From Octopus sinensis (lineage: Eukaryota): 64,000 bases of DNA. Below the pieces are notes generated by a model. That model had not been told where the DNA came from, made no database searches, and worked only from the letters and a program-made list of their open reading frames with translations. Below, piece after piece: positions 51,047-62,464 of the stretch. A program made the position numbers and the translations under genes. The stretch lies in contig NC_043001.1 of the NCBI RefSeq assembly GCF_006345805.1, forward strand, positions 31,248,001 to 31,312,000, given 5' to 3'. How positions within the stretch are numbered: position 1 is the first letter of the stretch; each line of letters opens with the position of its first letter.

Positions 51047-51379
51047 TACATACATGCATACATACATATGTACGTACGTGTGTCTTTCTTAAGCAGTTTA
51101 TATAACTGTCCTTATATTCCTCCCTCTCCAACTTCCATTTTCTTTCTCTCAATCCGACTATACAAACATTTCTGAACCTTTCAAAATATCTTGAGGCACG
51201 TTTAAGCGTGTGTGTGTATGTAAGCATTAATACATACATATGCGTGAGCGCTTATATGGGAGCGGTATTTTTGTCTTATAGTTTATAACCTAGTTAAGTA
51301 TCAGAGAGGAAATTAAACGGAATTACGAGCCACATCTTTTCATACGGTTTTCTTTAGTAATGATTAAATCTTCTATCTT

Positions 51380-51680
51380 TTATTCTTTGCTTGTTTTGCA
51401 GTCATTTGACTGCGGCCATGCTGGAGCACCGCCTTGAAGGGTTTTAGACGAACAAATCGACCACAGTACTTCTTTATATTTCTATATCATGGTACTTATT
51501 CTATTAGTCTCCTTTTGCCGAACCACTAAGTCACGGGAACGTAAACTCACCAACACCTGTTGACAAGCGGTAGTAGGGGACACAGATACATATACATACA
51601 CACACACACAGACACACACACACACATATATACGACGAGCTTCTTTCTGTTTCCATCAACCAAATCCACTCACAAGGGTT
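51380..51680 (-). mobile_element. Microsatellite-containing SINE, partial
   Basis: Runs from gcagtcatttgactgcggccatgctggagcaccgcc to caaatccactcacaagg. Confidence 0.8.
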
Positions 51681-52341
51681 ACTATTATGGCCCACTTTGA
51701 CAAACCAATAATCCCCCACCGGTTGTCATGCGGTGAGGAGGACAAACAAAGACACACACAATATATATGCATATATATATACGATTGGCTTCTTTTAGTT
51801 TCCGTCTATCAAATCCACTCACAAGACTTTGGTTGTTTTTCTTTATTAGAGACAAGAGCTCAAAGAGGATTATAAAAAAAATACAATCAACGTTGTTACG
51901 GAATATGAGACTTGAAAAACGTGTAGCTCGACAAAGTTGTATAAAAGCGAAGGAAGAGCGAAGTAAACCAGATATAAATGTAAAATGATATATATACACA
52001 ATAATTAAATAGGACGTTAATTAATTTTGAAAAGCGTGTAAAACATTTTCGTTTACTCGCCCAAACACGGTTCGGAACAGTATGGCCAGTTTTTGGTCGG
52101 TGCCTACTACAATTCTGCCCTTCCATCATTCTTTGTAGAGTTCTGGTGTACCCAAAGACACTTCTTAGAATTTTGGAGCTTTGGTAGGTTAGGCGTAGCC
52201 CAATGTATTTGGGTTCTTTACAGTAGCCATATTTTGGAGATGAGCACTTTATAATACGCTGACGTTCGCATGTTTAAAAGCGTCTTCTGAAAACATTTCA
52301 CCTAAAATTTCGAAAGATGTTTTAATATACATATCTACTAA

Positions 52342-52780
52342 GGCGGCGAGCTGGCAAAATCGTTAGCACGCCGGGCGAAATGCTTAGCGGTATTTCGTCT
52401 GCCGTTACGTTCTGAGTTCAAATTCTGCCGAGGTCGACTTTGCCTTTCATCCTTTCGGGGTCGATAAATTAAGTACCAGTTACGCACTGGGGTCTATGTA
52501 ATCAACTTAATTCGTTTGTCTGTCCTTGTTTGTCCTCTCTGTGTTTAGCCCCTTGTAGGTAATAAAGAAATAAGAACTGTTCGCATGCCGGGCAAAATAA
52601 TGCTTAGTCGCATCTCGTCCGTCTTTGCGTTCGGAGATTAAATTCAGCCGAGGTCGACTTCACGTTTTATCCTTTCGGAGTTGATAAAATAAGTACCGAT
52701 TGAGCACTGGGATCGATGTAATCGACTTACCCTATCCCCCGAACTTGCTGGCCTTGTGCCAAAATTTAAAACCAATATGC
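52342..52780 (+). mobile_element. Monomeric SINE (11713 family) followed by an older related copy
   Basis: Starts ggcggcgagctggcaaaatcgttagcacgccgggcg at 52342. A second degenerate body lies at ~52575-52780. Confidence 0.8.
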
Positions 52781-52789
52781 ATAACTACT

Positions 52790-53560
52790 GCGTCTTCGCT
52801 TCCTCCTGTCATACTGCTGTGAACCTAATGACACTTTCCGGAGGAGGAGGAGTCCCCTCATCTTTTGTCTCGCTTTCGTTGGCATTCACTTTTTGTGGGG
52901 AGGGGCACTGATTGCTATGGTTGAGGGATGAGATGTCTAACCACTTATTTCCAGGACTGGGAATTAGGTGGGCTTCGTCATTTCCGGAGCTGTGACGGAT
53001 AGAGCTCTAGAAACTGGGGTCTGTTGGTCTTGTAGTTTACTCGGGAGCTCACCGCTGCTTTCCTCACTCTTCCACTTTTCTAGCCTTTCCAGTTCTTTGA
53101 GGCAAAAGTCCTTCAAATGGCCTTAACTGCCACATATATTACAACTAGACCTTTTGAAATACATCGTCAACTTCATACCCTTTGTTTCGGTGCTCTCAAC
53201 TCTGGTATGGCCATGTTGCGCGTTCTAGGATTCAAAAGTTCATCCTAACCCCTCCCACATATCGCCTCAAATAACTATTGCGCTAACCACACGTCTATAC
53301 TGCGAAACAAAGATAACGAGCACGGGTCAACATTGTTGCCAATGCCTTTGGATTTCACTTCTATAATTTTCTGCTCTAAATGATGAAATAGATGTATATC
53401 TAACTGTTTCAGCCTGTGTTTTTGGCTGAGTGCCCGGTCCTGAAAGCACAGCAGTCACATAAGCCTTTCTACGATTAATCTAAAAACTTTCTGCCAATAT
53501 TTCGTGGGGTGCTTCTTCTAGTTGCTCTTAGGAATGGAGGTGGAAACACCTACTAGCCTA
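52790..53560 (-). pseudogene. Decayed gag-like / LINE ORF1 fragment with a CCHC zinc knuckle
   Basis: 53143..53102 on the minus strand reads C-N-I-C-G-S-*-G-H-L-K-D-F-C (CX2CX4HX4C) within a GC-richer segment. The segment boundaries are approximate. Confidence 0.55.
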
Positions 53561-55384
53561 GGCATTATCTTTCCTGACTAATTTATTTGACTATGTCTGA
53601 ATGTTGTCGTCGTTACCGTCAGCATGTAGAATACTTAAACTGTTGGAATTAATTTATTTTTCAATTAACTAGTCATTACTTATTTCTTTTTTGTCGTAGG
53701 TGTTCAGTCTACGGTCTAATTTGCTTTTAATGACTTTTTCTTTGTTTTGTGCTCCGACCTATGATCAAAGGTAGTCTAACCATGGCCATCCGTCTTTTGT
53801 GACTACATACACAATCCAATATACCTTTTCCTTTTTAAAACGATAAAATGTGATTTGAGAGAGAGGGAGATCTACTGCTATCTCTAACAGTTCGAGCGAC
53901 AACGTCATGGTTTCTTCATTGGTGCCCTGGGTATTGTACATAAATCAGGTCATTAAGAATGAAGTGTCCGATTTTGAACTGAAAGTTTATTTTACTTTAT
54001 CGCAACAAAAAGCAATGCACCTAAATTATCAACACAATTTTTTATCTATCCATGAGTGCACAAAAATTGATTTACAAGAGAAAGCTTACAATATAATCAG
54101 ACACCATGAATTGCATTTCGAAAAGTGATGATGTAACTCTTCAATGTTGTAAAACAAAGAATTGTCAGGATAAAACATTAGAGTTACGACTGTCAAACTT
54201 GGTACATAAGGAAATCGGACCTTTCATTCTTAAAGACCTGATACCTGGGTATATGAGGTGATGTATAATAGTGCTATCTTAAAGTATGGGCACACTGGGC
54301 AGTTACCCTGGAGCCTCACGAGTCTAAGGGCCCAACTTTGATATGTGTATACTGTGGCGTGCTGTCAATAAATAAATACTACAGGGTCCAGTGTTTCGAT
54401 TTGCCGGGGAGCCTATAATACTTCCAAGTCGGTCCTGGTATACACTCAATAGGGTTGAAGCTTATTGTAGCAACAAACTGTGTTCTTTCGAATATCTAAG
54501 TTATCCTTATTTTTTCCTGTTAAGGGATCAAGTTCGAAACAAGAAGATAAATAAATGAAATAGCGAGATCCAGTACTTTATAAATACGTACAGGCACGTA
54601 TTTATAAAAAGGAGAAGATTACAGCTGATTGGATTCATCGAGGTATGCATCAGCCGCCTTTATTCTATCCAAAATTACATGCAAAACTCAATATTTGTTG
54701 TCTTTTTAAACTCAAGTCAAACAACTCGGATCAAGCTGACAAACATGTGATCAACGCTGTTCAACCTCTAAGCAGAGCATGTTTTCCTCATGACATAGTT
54801 TATCAAAGAATATATCATCCAATATGACCCTCCCTTTTTAAAGTTGATAGGGTGTGGTTTCTGATGACATAGTTTATCCAGGAATACATTATCTAGCATT
54901 CCCTTATTTATTTATTTTTTTCAAGTCAGTAGAATGCTGTTTGGTATTCAAAATAAGTCGAGCGAATACAAAAAGAGGCTCTCGCAGTTGAAAGCAAAAC
55001 GTTGGAGGGTGAAAATAAAGAGCTGTGGTGATTTTCCTCCGACTATCAACATCAGTTAGTAAAATAACAAATGCAGTATTCACAAGAGTTTGGTCATTAC
55101 TCTTGCCCTTTTCAACATTTATTCTCGCCATTCATTGGACTGCAAACATGTTGAAGCATCGTCTTTGAGAGGTATGTTTTTGTCAATAATATCCATGCCA
55201 ATACTTATTGCATTCTGATACTTCGATCGATTTCTTTTTATAGAACGGCTAAGATTTACTTTTTTGACGTAAAGTGGTGCAATTCGACGATCAGATTTAC
55301 ACCGTTATACACAAATACGAGCATGTGCATAAGTTGATGCTGTATGTGTGTATACAAGCACATATTTACATAAACATATACATA

Positions 55385-55737
55385 GGCGCAGGCGTGGCTG
55401 TGTGGTAAGAAGCTTGCTTCCCAACCACGTGGTTCCGGGTTCAGTCCCACTGCGTGGCACCTTGGGCAAGTGTCTTCTACTATTGCCTCGGGCCGACCAA
55501 ACCCTTGTGAGTTGATTTGGTAGACGGAAACTGAACGAAGCCCGTCATATATGTGTGTGTGTGTAGTGTGTGTGTATCTCTGTTTGTTCCTCCCCCTCCC
55601 TCATCATGGCTTGATAACTTTTAGAATAAGTACTAGGCTTAAAAGGAGTAAGTCCTGGGGTTGATGTGTTCGACTAAAGGCGGTGGTCCAGCATGGCCGC
55701 AGTCAAAATGACTGAAACAAGTAAAAGAATAAAAGAA
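55385..55737 (+). mobile_element. tRNA-derived SINE with internal microsatellite
   Basis: Runs from ggcgcaggcgtggctgtgtggtaag to gcagtcaaaatgactgaaacaagtaaaagaataaaagaat. Confidence 0.88.
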
Positions 55738-56155
55738 TGTATTACGTACAACAGGCTCCCACACAGTTTTCGTTTATCAAATATTACGCACAAGGTATTA
55801 ACGTAAGGCTACAGTAGAAGATATTTGCCCGAAATGCTGTGCAGTGAGATCGAACCCAAAATTTCCTTGCTGCAATGCAACTTCTAAACCTGCGCACAAA
55901 GTTGTTATGAATGAACTATAAATAATTTGCTAAACTACAAGTGAACCTTAACTACAATGACCCCCAGCGTTACAAAAACTCTACTTACGAAATTCTGGAC
56001 TTAAGAAAATTGTAGAAACTATAAATTTTTGGATACATCCCACAATTCTGCACGTACTCGGATATATTTTAGGAATTTTTGATACAGAAACCGATAAATA
56101 TACATATATATATATATAAATCTAAATATATATATATATATATATAAATACAGTG

Positions 56156-56439
56156 TACATTTAAGCACATAAGAGGTATCCGTCATAGGATTCCTTTCAC
56201 GCTAGAAGGAGCAGCTAAAGTCCAAACAACTATTAGGGATAAAAACTCAAAGAGAATGAAGATTAAAAACATTTACCATCTATTTCCTGAACCATGGTTT
56301 CAGACTTTTTTTACTGCTAAAAAAAGTTTGGAACCATGGTTCAGGAGAGTTTTTATCCCTAGTAGTGGTTTGGACTTTAGCTGTTCCTTCTAGCATGAAA
56401 GGAATCCTATGACGGATACCTCTTATGTGTTTAAATGTA
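56156..56439. mobile_element. Foldback MITE with ~95-bp TIRs and an inner palindrome
   Basis: tacatttaa.cacataagaggtatccgtcataggattcctttca.gctagaagga.cagctaaagtccaaac is present at both ends in inverted orientation, with TA termini. Confidence 0.85.
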
Positions 56440-56536
56440 TTTATATGAATAATATATAGTCCATTGACTAATTTTTCTACACGCTAGGCCACTGGTAGTA
56501 AAAATTTATAAAATTTTTATTACCCTGATATTATTA

Positions 56537-56586
<50 letters not shown>

Positions 56587-56667
56587 ACACACACACACAC
56601 ACACCACGCGCGCGCGCGCATTAATATTCTCTATTCTTATTGTGCTTTTTACACATTCTGATCGATC

Positions 56668-56902
56668 CATCATCATCATCATCATTGTTCGACCGTGGTC
56701 GAGACAATGGAATTTACCATGCTACGCCAGACTTCACGGTCCATCATGGCATTACGGAGGTCCTGTTGCTGGATGCCTGTATCCCTGGAGATTACGTGAG
56801 GGTAGGAGAGTGTGCGCCCTCTGGTATTGCGAGTAGATGGCTTCCAGAGGAGAAAAGTAGAAATTACCTCTTTTTCAGCTCTACAACAATGTCCAGCAAA
56901 CT
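56668..56902 (-). mobile_element. RTE-clade LINE 3' end, shorter copy of the 41188 family
   Basis: Reads QFAGHCCRAEKEVISTFLLWKPSTRNTRGRTLSYPHVISRDTG, with a (TGA)n tail. Confidence 0.85.
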
Positions 56903-57177
56903 GGACATGTGCTAACAAATACATACATGTGCTAACAAATACCTCCTTTCGACAATGTAAGCTTTCATTCAATCAAGACACCTTTGGCCTGACGAGTAGC
57001 CTGCAGTATACACCTCGCTAAGATATTTAACCACTTCCGAGGTTCCACTCGCAATCAAACATATACAACTCGGATCTTATCTACTCCATTCCTTAACTTT
57101 TGTATTCGTATTTGCATACACGGCAACCTTGGTCGCCTACCGTGAAATATAAAAAGGACTTTTTCAGGTTATCTTAA

Positions 57178-57379
57178 CCCATATTAACCCACTGTCCTCG
57201 TTGATTTATTTACTGCAAAAGAGGTTAACTGGACGCAAAATAGTGCTTGTACTTATTCAACCATTGTATTTGGTTTATTTACTGCAATAAATGTTAACTG
57301 GACGCTTCCGTATGTTTGTTATCCCCATTTATATAACTATCTTCAAAATTTCGACAGGGTTAACCTGGGTTAAGATGGG
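57178..57379. mobile_element. piggyBac-like MITE
   Basis: TTAA|cccatattaaccca ... tgggttaagatggg|TTAA, with an internal direct repeat tttatttactgcaa..gttaactggacgc present twice. Confidence 0.7.
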
Positions 57380-58435
57380 TTAATAGAAGTAGGAGTAATG
57401 AATGGCCAAAATTTGGGGGAAGGGACGGTCATAAAACATTAGTATTTGAAGTCAGGTCAACACACATTCCCATATTCGCATAGCTCATAGGTTAGATATT
57501 CTCCAACTGTTGTACTGAAATTTGATATGGGCCATTTATACGGATGGTTAACCTATAATATCTGGTGATTGTTGCTATGAAGCACTTAGCTGCAAACATG
57601 AGTTGCGGCATCACTGGTGCCAAGCTGTATCGACCTTTGCCTTTCCCTTAGATAACATCAGTAGCGTGGAGAGGGGAAGCTGGTATGTGTGGGTGACAAC
57701 TGGTCTTCCATAAACAACCTTGCCCGGACTTGGGCCTTGGAGGGTAACTTTCTAGGTGCAATCTCATAGTCATTCATGACCGAAGGAGGTTTTTATATAG
57801 TGAGAGAGAAAGAGAGAGACGGAGAGAGAAAGAGTGACACAGCCAAAGGGACAGACAGACAGACAGACAGATGGAATAAATTGCTTTTAGAAATAATTTA
57901 TTTTCACGATCATCTTTCCTGTCAATCACCACCATAATTTTATTGAACGTACTTAATTTTATTGACCGTACAGTACATATAGTATACAGCATCACACTTG
58001 TTCAGAATCGTTAGAAAGAGATCCTCTGTTCGAAGTGAAGGCAATAAAACCAGAAGGTATCGTAGAGATTACGTTGGACTTGATGCTTAGATACAGGAGA
58101 AAAAAAAAGTCTACTACATTCCCAGAAAAGAAAAATTAAAATTTGCAACGTCTATAATAGGAAAACTATATGACAATAAGAAAAATTAGGTCAAATAGCG
58201 AGGCAACTACTCCCTTAACTGTCCAAGACTCCATGCATCAACAGGAACGGCATCTTGGTGTGTGGGATAACGATCAGACTAGATGTAATGTGTCGAGCCA
58301 ATAATCACAATTTTTATTCAAGTTAAAAGCTAAAAATTTATTCCTATCTCTTCCCTAATAATATTTCTCTTCAAATGATTGTTTTGTATGTGTACCGTAC
58401 TCATATATATATATATATATATACATACATACATA

Positions 58436-58662
58436 CGGGGTGGTCCAAAAGTAGGTTTACAGTTATTCAACTATCTCTTTCGCATTCATATATCAACAGT
58501 TTAGATCTTATAAAAAAAATGAAAATATTATTCTATGGTAAATTAATTTTGTCAAGCTTCTTTTCCAGTTTGTAAGATACAAATTTAAATGTAATAAAAT
58601 GTTTTTAAAAGAAATTTAAGGTACCTACGTGATAACTGTAAACCTACTTTTGGGCCGCCCTG
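58436..58662. mobile_element. Tc1/mariner MITE
   Basis: ~30-bp TIRs c(g/a)ggg(t/c)gg(t/c)ccaaaagtaggtttacagttat, flanked by TA. Confidence 0.85.
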
Positions 58663-58743
58663 TATGTATGTATTTATGTTTGTTTTATGTTTTCCAGTTT
58701 CAGCTCTTGAGCTGTGGCCATGCTGGGGCACCGCCATTTTGTT

Positions 58744-59042
58744 AAAAGATTGGTGTTCAGTTATATCGAACAGGCTGCCAGCCGACGACTATTCACAGGC
58801 GCGATCCCACTACTGCTCGACACGGAGTCTTTTGCCTGCTGCGTTTCCGCCCTGGGCCGAAGCGACCCTCCTTAGACAACCTGGTCCTGATGAGCTCCCT
58901 CTCCAGCACCATATTGATGCCGAGCTTAGCGCGGAGACCCGATCGCCATAGAAGACCGACTACCAGTACTCCCATCCTCAAACCGGTCAACCAACCAAGC
59001 CTCCGAGTAGCTGGATTACAGGAGCACGACACAACTCCCAGC
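58744..59042 (-). ncRNA. RN7SL: Full-length SRP (7SL) RNA copy (gene or retrocopy), 299 nt
   Basis: The minus strand aligns end to end with metazoan 7SL as I recall it. It includes gctggg...cctgtaatccagctactcggaggc (Alu domain), gcgatcgggtctccgcgctaagctcggcatcaatatggtg, helix 6 gag-GGAG-ctc, helix 8 cccagggcg-GAAA-cgcagcagg and cagtagtgggatcgcgcctgtgaatag, and ends in TTTT. Confidence 0.93.
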
Positions 59043-59049
59043 AAATATA

Positions 59050-59490
59050 TTCTTTTGTTTCAGGCATTTGACTACGACCATGCTGGAGCACCGCCTTTAG
59101 TCGAACAAATCGACCCCAGGATTTATTCTTTGTAAGCTTAATACTTATTTTATCTGTCTCTTTTGCCGAACCGATATATATATATATATATATATATATT
59201 TACGGCTGGCTTCTTTCAGTTTCCGTCTACCAAATCCATCCACAGGCCTTTGGTGGGCCCGAGGCTATAGTAGAAGACACTTGCCCAAAGTGCCACGCTG
59301 TGGGACTGAACTCGGAATCATGTGGTTGGGAAGCAAGGTACTTACCACACAGCCACTCCTATATATACATACGACAGGCTTCTTTCAGGTTCCGTCTACC
59401 AAATTCACTCACAAGGCTCAAGGTGCCACGTAGTGGGGATTGAACCCGGAACCATGTGGTTTGGAAGCAACCTCCTTACTACACAGCGTA
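59050..59490 (-). mobile_element. Microsatellite-containing SINE directly upstream of the 7SL copy
   Basis: Its 3' end gcatggtcgtagtcaaatgcctgaaacaaaagaatatatt abuts the 7SL 5' end. The head is partly duplicated. Confidence 0.8.
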
Positions 59491-59545
59491 CATATGATGA
59501 TTTAGTTATATTGTAAATAGTTATTTAATACGTAATAAAGAGTAA

Positions 59546-59636
59546 CCACCACCACCACCACCACCACCACCACCACCATCACCATCATCATCATCATCAT
59601 CATCAGAAGAAGGAAGAAGAAGAAGAAGAAGAAGAA
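59546..59636. repeat. (CAC)n(CAT)n(GAA)n compound trinucleotide repeat
   Basis: Read directly from the sequence. Confidence 0.95.
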
Positions 59637-59932
59637 CATCTTCGGAACACATGAAAACCTTTGGGGAAATGAGCATCACGTTACAGAATGCTATGTTGCG
59701 ACAAAGTTTTCAGAAACGCAGCACATCCGTAACGCGGGTAATTCAAACATATCACTGCACATACACACATGTATTGTATACATCCAAGCATTTATATATA
59801 TATGACAACGAAAAAGTGTCGTTGGTTGAGATCAACCCTCATCGTGTGCACATTGGCATATATGTTTTGTTTACTATCTATAAATGCAATTGGCCACCAG
59901 TTGCCCGTTGCTCATCCACTGATGTCTGCTTA

Positions 59933-60147
59933 CAGTAATCCCTCGCCACATTGCGGTTTACTTATCGCAGTTTAATATTTAAGCTTACGTCGATTCCTCC
60001 GTGCTGTTGTTTTGTATTTATAATAAAATAGATATATAATAAATAATAATATATATATACGATATAGTACTATTTCTACTTCGCGGATTTTCACCTATCG
60101 CGGGTGGGGATGGGGAACGTAATACACGCGATAGTCGAGGGTTATTG
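59933..60147. mobile_element. Tigger/pogo-like MITE, second copy (inverted relative to 13887)
   Basis: TA|cagtaatccctcg ... cgagggttattg|TA, with shared internal cttcgcggattttcacctatcgc. Confidence 0.75.
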
Positions 60148-60190
60148 TATTCGATCGTTGTGTGTGCATATGTGTGTGCTTGCACGTATG

Positions 60191-60238
<48 letters not shown>

Positions 60239-60298
60239 TGTGTGGGTGCATCTATATTTATGCATATGACTGTGTATATATATATGTGTGTATATATG

Positions 60299-60652
60299 AC
60301 TCTTTGACTTGTTTCAGTCATTTGACTGCGGCCATGCTGGAGCACCGCATTTAGTCGAGCAAATCGACCACAGGACTTATTCATTGTAAGCCTAGTACTT
60401 ATTCTATCGGTCTCTTTTGCCGAACTGCTAAGTTACGAGGACATAAACACACCAGCATCGGTTGTCAAGCGATGTTGAGGGGGCAAACACAGACACACAA
60501 ACATATACACACACATACATATATACGACGTACTTCTTTCAGTTTTCGTCTACCAAATCCACTCACATGGCTTTGGTCGGCCCGAGGCTATAGTAGAAGA
60601 CACTTGCCCAACACACAGCCACTCCTGCGCCTGCTTACCACACAGCCACTCC
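60299..60652 (-). mobile_element. Microsatellite-containing SINE
   Basis: Runs from tgtttcagtcatttgactgcggccatgctgg to ttaccacacagccactcc. Confidence 0.88.
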
Positions 60653-60746
60653 TTCAACACCCGTATTATAATTTTAATATAAATTACCCATTATGGTGTT
60701 TTTAGTATGCTGGCCACTGATAAATTCATTAAATAATGATTTCATC

Positions 60747-61088
60747 CTTACCAACCACATGGTTTGGGGTTCAGTCCCACTGTGTAGACCCTTGGGCAAG
60801 TGTCTTCTACTATAACCTCGGGCCGACCAAAGACTTGTGAGTGGATTTGGTAGACGGAAACTGAAAGAAGCCCATCGTATATATGTATATATATGTGTGG
60901 GGGGGTGTATGTTTGTGTGTCTGTGTTTGCCCCCCCCCCCCCCCCCAGCATCACTTGACAACTGATGTTGGTGTGTTTACGTCCCTGTAACTTAGCGGTT
61001 CGGCAAAGGAGACCGATTGAATAAGTACTAGACTTACAAAGAATAAGTCCTGGGGTCAATTTGCTCGACTAAAGGCGGTGCTCTAGCA
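60747..61088 (+). mobile_element. Microsatellite-containing SINE, head-to-head with 60299
   Basis: Runs from cttaccaaccacatggtttggggttcagtcccac to ctcgactaaaggcggtgctctagca. Confidence 0.88.
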
Positions 61089-61309
61089 TCAAACACGACG
61101 CATGAGCGCTATGATTTTACCGAACGACCTGCACAAATCGACGGTGTATGAACAAGCGCATGCGTCAGGTGTGGAAGTGATCGCAGAGCAACGAGAGATG
61201 AAATGTTCTCTCAATAACAAAACGCACCACCCGGTCTAGGAATTGAAATCACAATCTAGCGATCATGAGTACAACACCCTACACACTAAGCAGTGTGTAT
61301 ATCTATATA

Positions 61310-61845
61310 CAGGGTGTCCCCAAAAAATGTATACACTTGCTGCAACAGTCTGTCATGCCAAGCATTAGAGAGGACTTTGAACAGGAAGAGTTTTATTTCC
61401 AGCAAGATGGGGCACCTCCACACTACCATCGCGATGTTAGATCCTTTCTTGATGGGATCTTGCCAAGCAGGTGGATTGAACGGAGAGGTTTTGTCGAATA
61501 CCCTCTACGTTCACCAGACCTCACACCACTAGACTTCTTTTTATGGGGATACCTAAAGGACAAAGTCTACGCACAGAAACCTGCAACAGTCGTTCAATTG
61601 AGGGCAACCATTGAACATGAATGTACGAATATCCCAAGGGAATTGTTCCATGATGTGTGCCATTCCATCGCTTCGCGTTGTCAGCAGTGTCTGGAGCAGA
61701 ACGGACATCAGTTTGAGAACATGCGATAACGAGACAATAGAATGATATTTGTAAATTCTTTTACATGTTGAAAATTATTCGAATTATAATAAACCCTAAA
61801 TTTACAATTATTTAAGGTGTGTATACATTTTTTTGGGACACCCTG
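61310..61845 (+). mobile_element. Internally deleted Tc1/mariner transposon of the DD41D (rosa/Visitor) type
   Basis: 27-bp TIRs cagggtgtccc(c/a)aaaaaatgtatacac with one mismatch and a TA TSD. The open frame FYFQQDGAPPHY...RSPDLTPLDFFLWGYLKDKVY has 41 residues between the second and third catalytic D. Confidence 0.9.
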
Positions 61846-62260
61846 TATATATATGTGGGTATGTGTATGTGTGTGTGTAATACAAAGATACAAAGAGACT
61901 CCCAAACATTCGCAAAATGGCTTGTTCCCAGCATAGGCATACGTCTGCGAGAGTGTATATGTAGTTCGTGTGTGTGTGTGTGTGTGTGCTAGTATATAAG
62001 AAAATATCACGGAAAGCAGTGTAAATAACGGACAGTCAAGACTATTGAAAATGTTGCAAGACACAACGAAAATGTTATGAAAATAAAATTAAGAAATAAG
62101 TGGAAATTATACGGGTGAGTGTGTGAAATTATAAGGCACGAAAAGAAAATGACTCTCCCCCAGGCACAACAGAATATGCTTCAGCACACGAACTCACATA
62201 AAGAATCTTGCAAACAAAATCCAAAAACGAAATAATGGAATGCTTTAAAAATATACAATA

Positions 62261-62425
62261 GGCGCAAGAGTGGCTGTGTGGTAAGTAGCTTGCTAACCAA
62301 CCACATGGTTCCGGGTTCAGTCCCACTGCGTGGCATCTTAGGCAAGTGTCTTCTGCTATAGCCCCGGGCCGACCAATGCCTTGTGAGTGGATTTGGTAGA
62401 CCGAAACTGAAAGAAGCCTGTCGTA

Positions 62426-62464
<39 letters not shown>

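Noticed and set aside
54385-54415. Minus-strand ggcaaatcgaaacactgg, resembling the 3' half of a hammerhead
   Set aside because: The CTGANGA half is absent.
58793-59044. 83-aa minus-strand ORF and overlapping plus-strand ORFs
   Set aside because: These are chance frames across the GC-rich 7SL RNA sequence.
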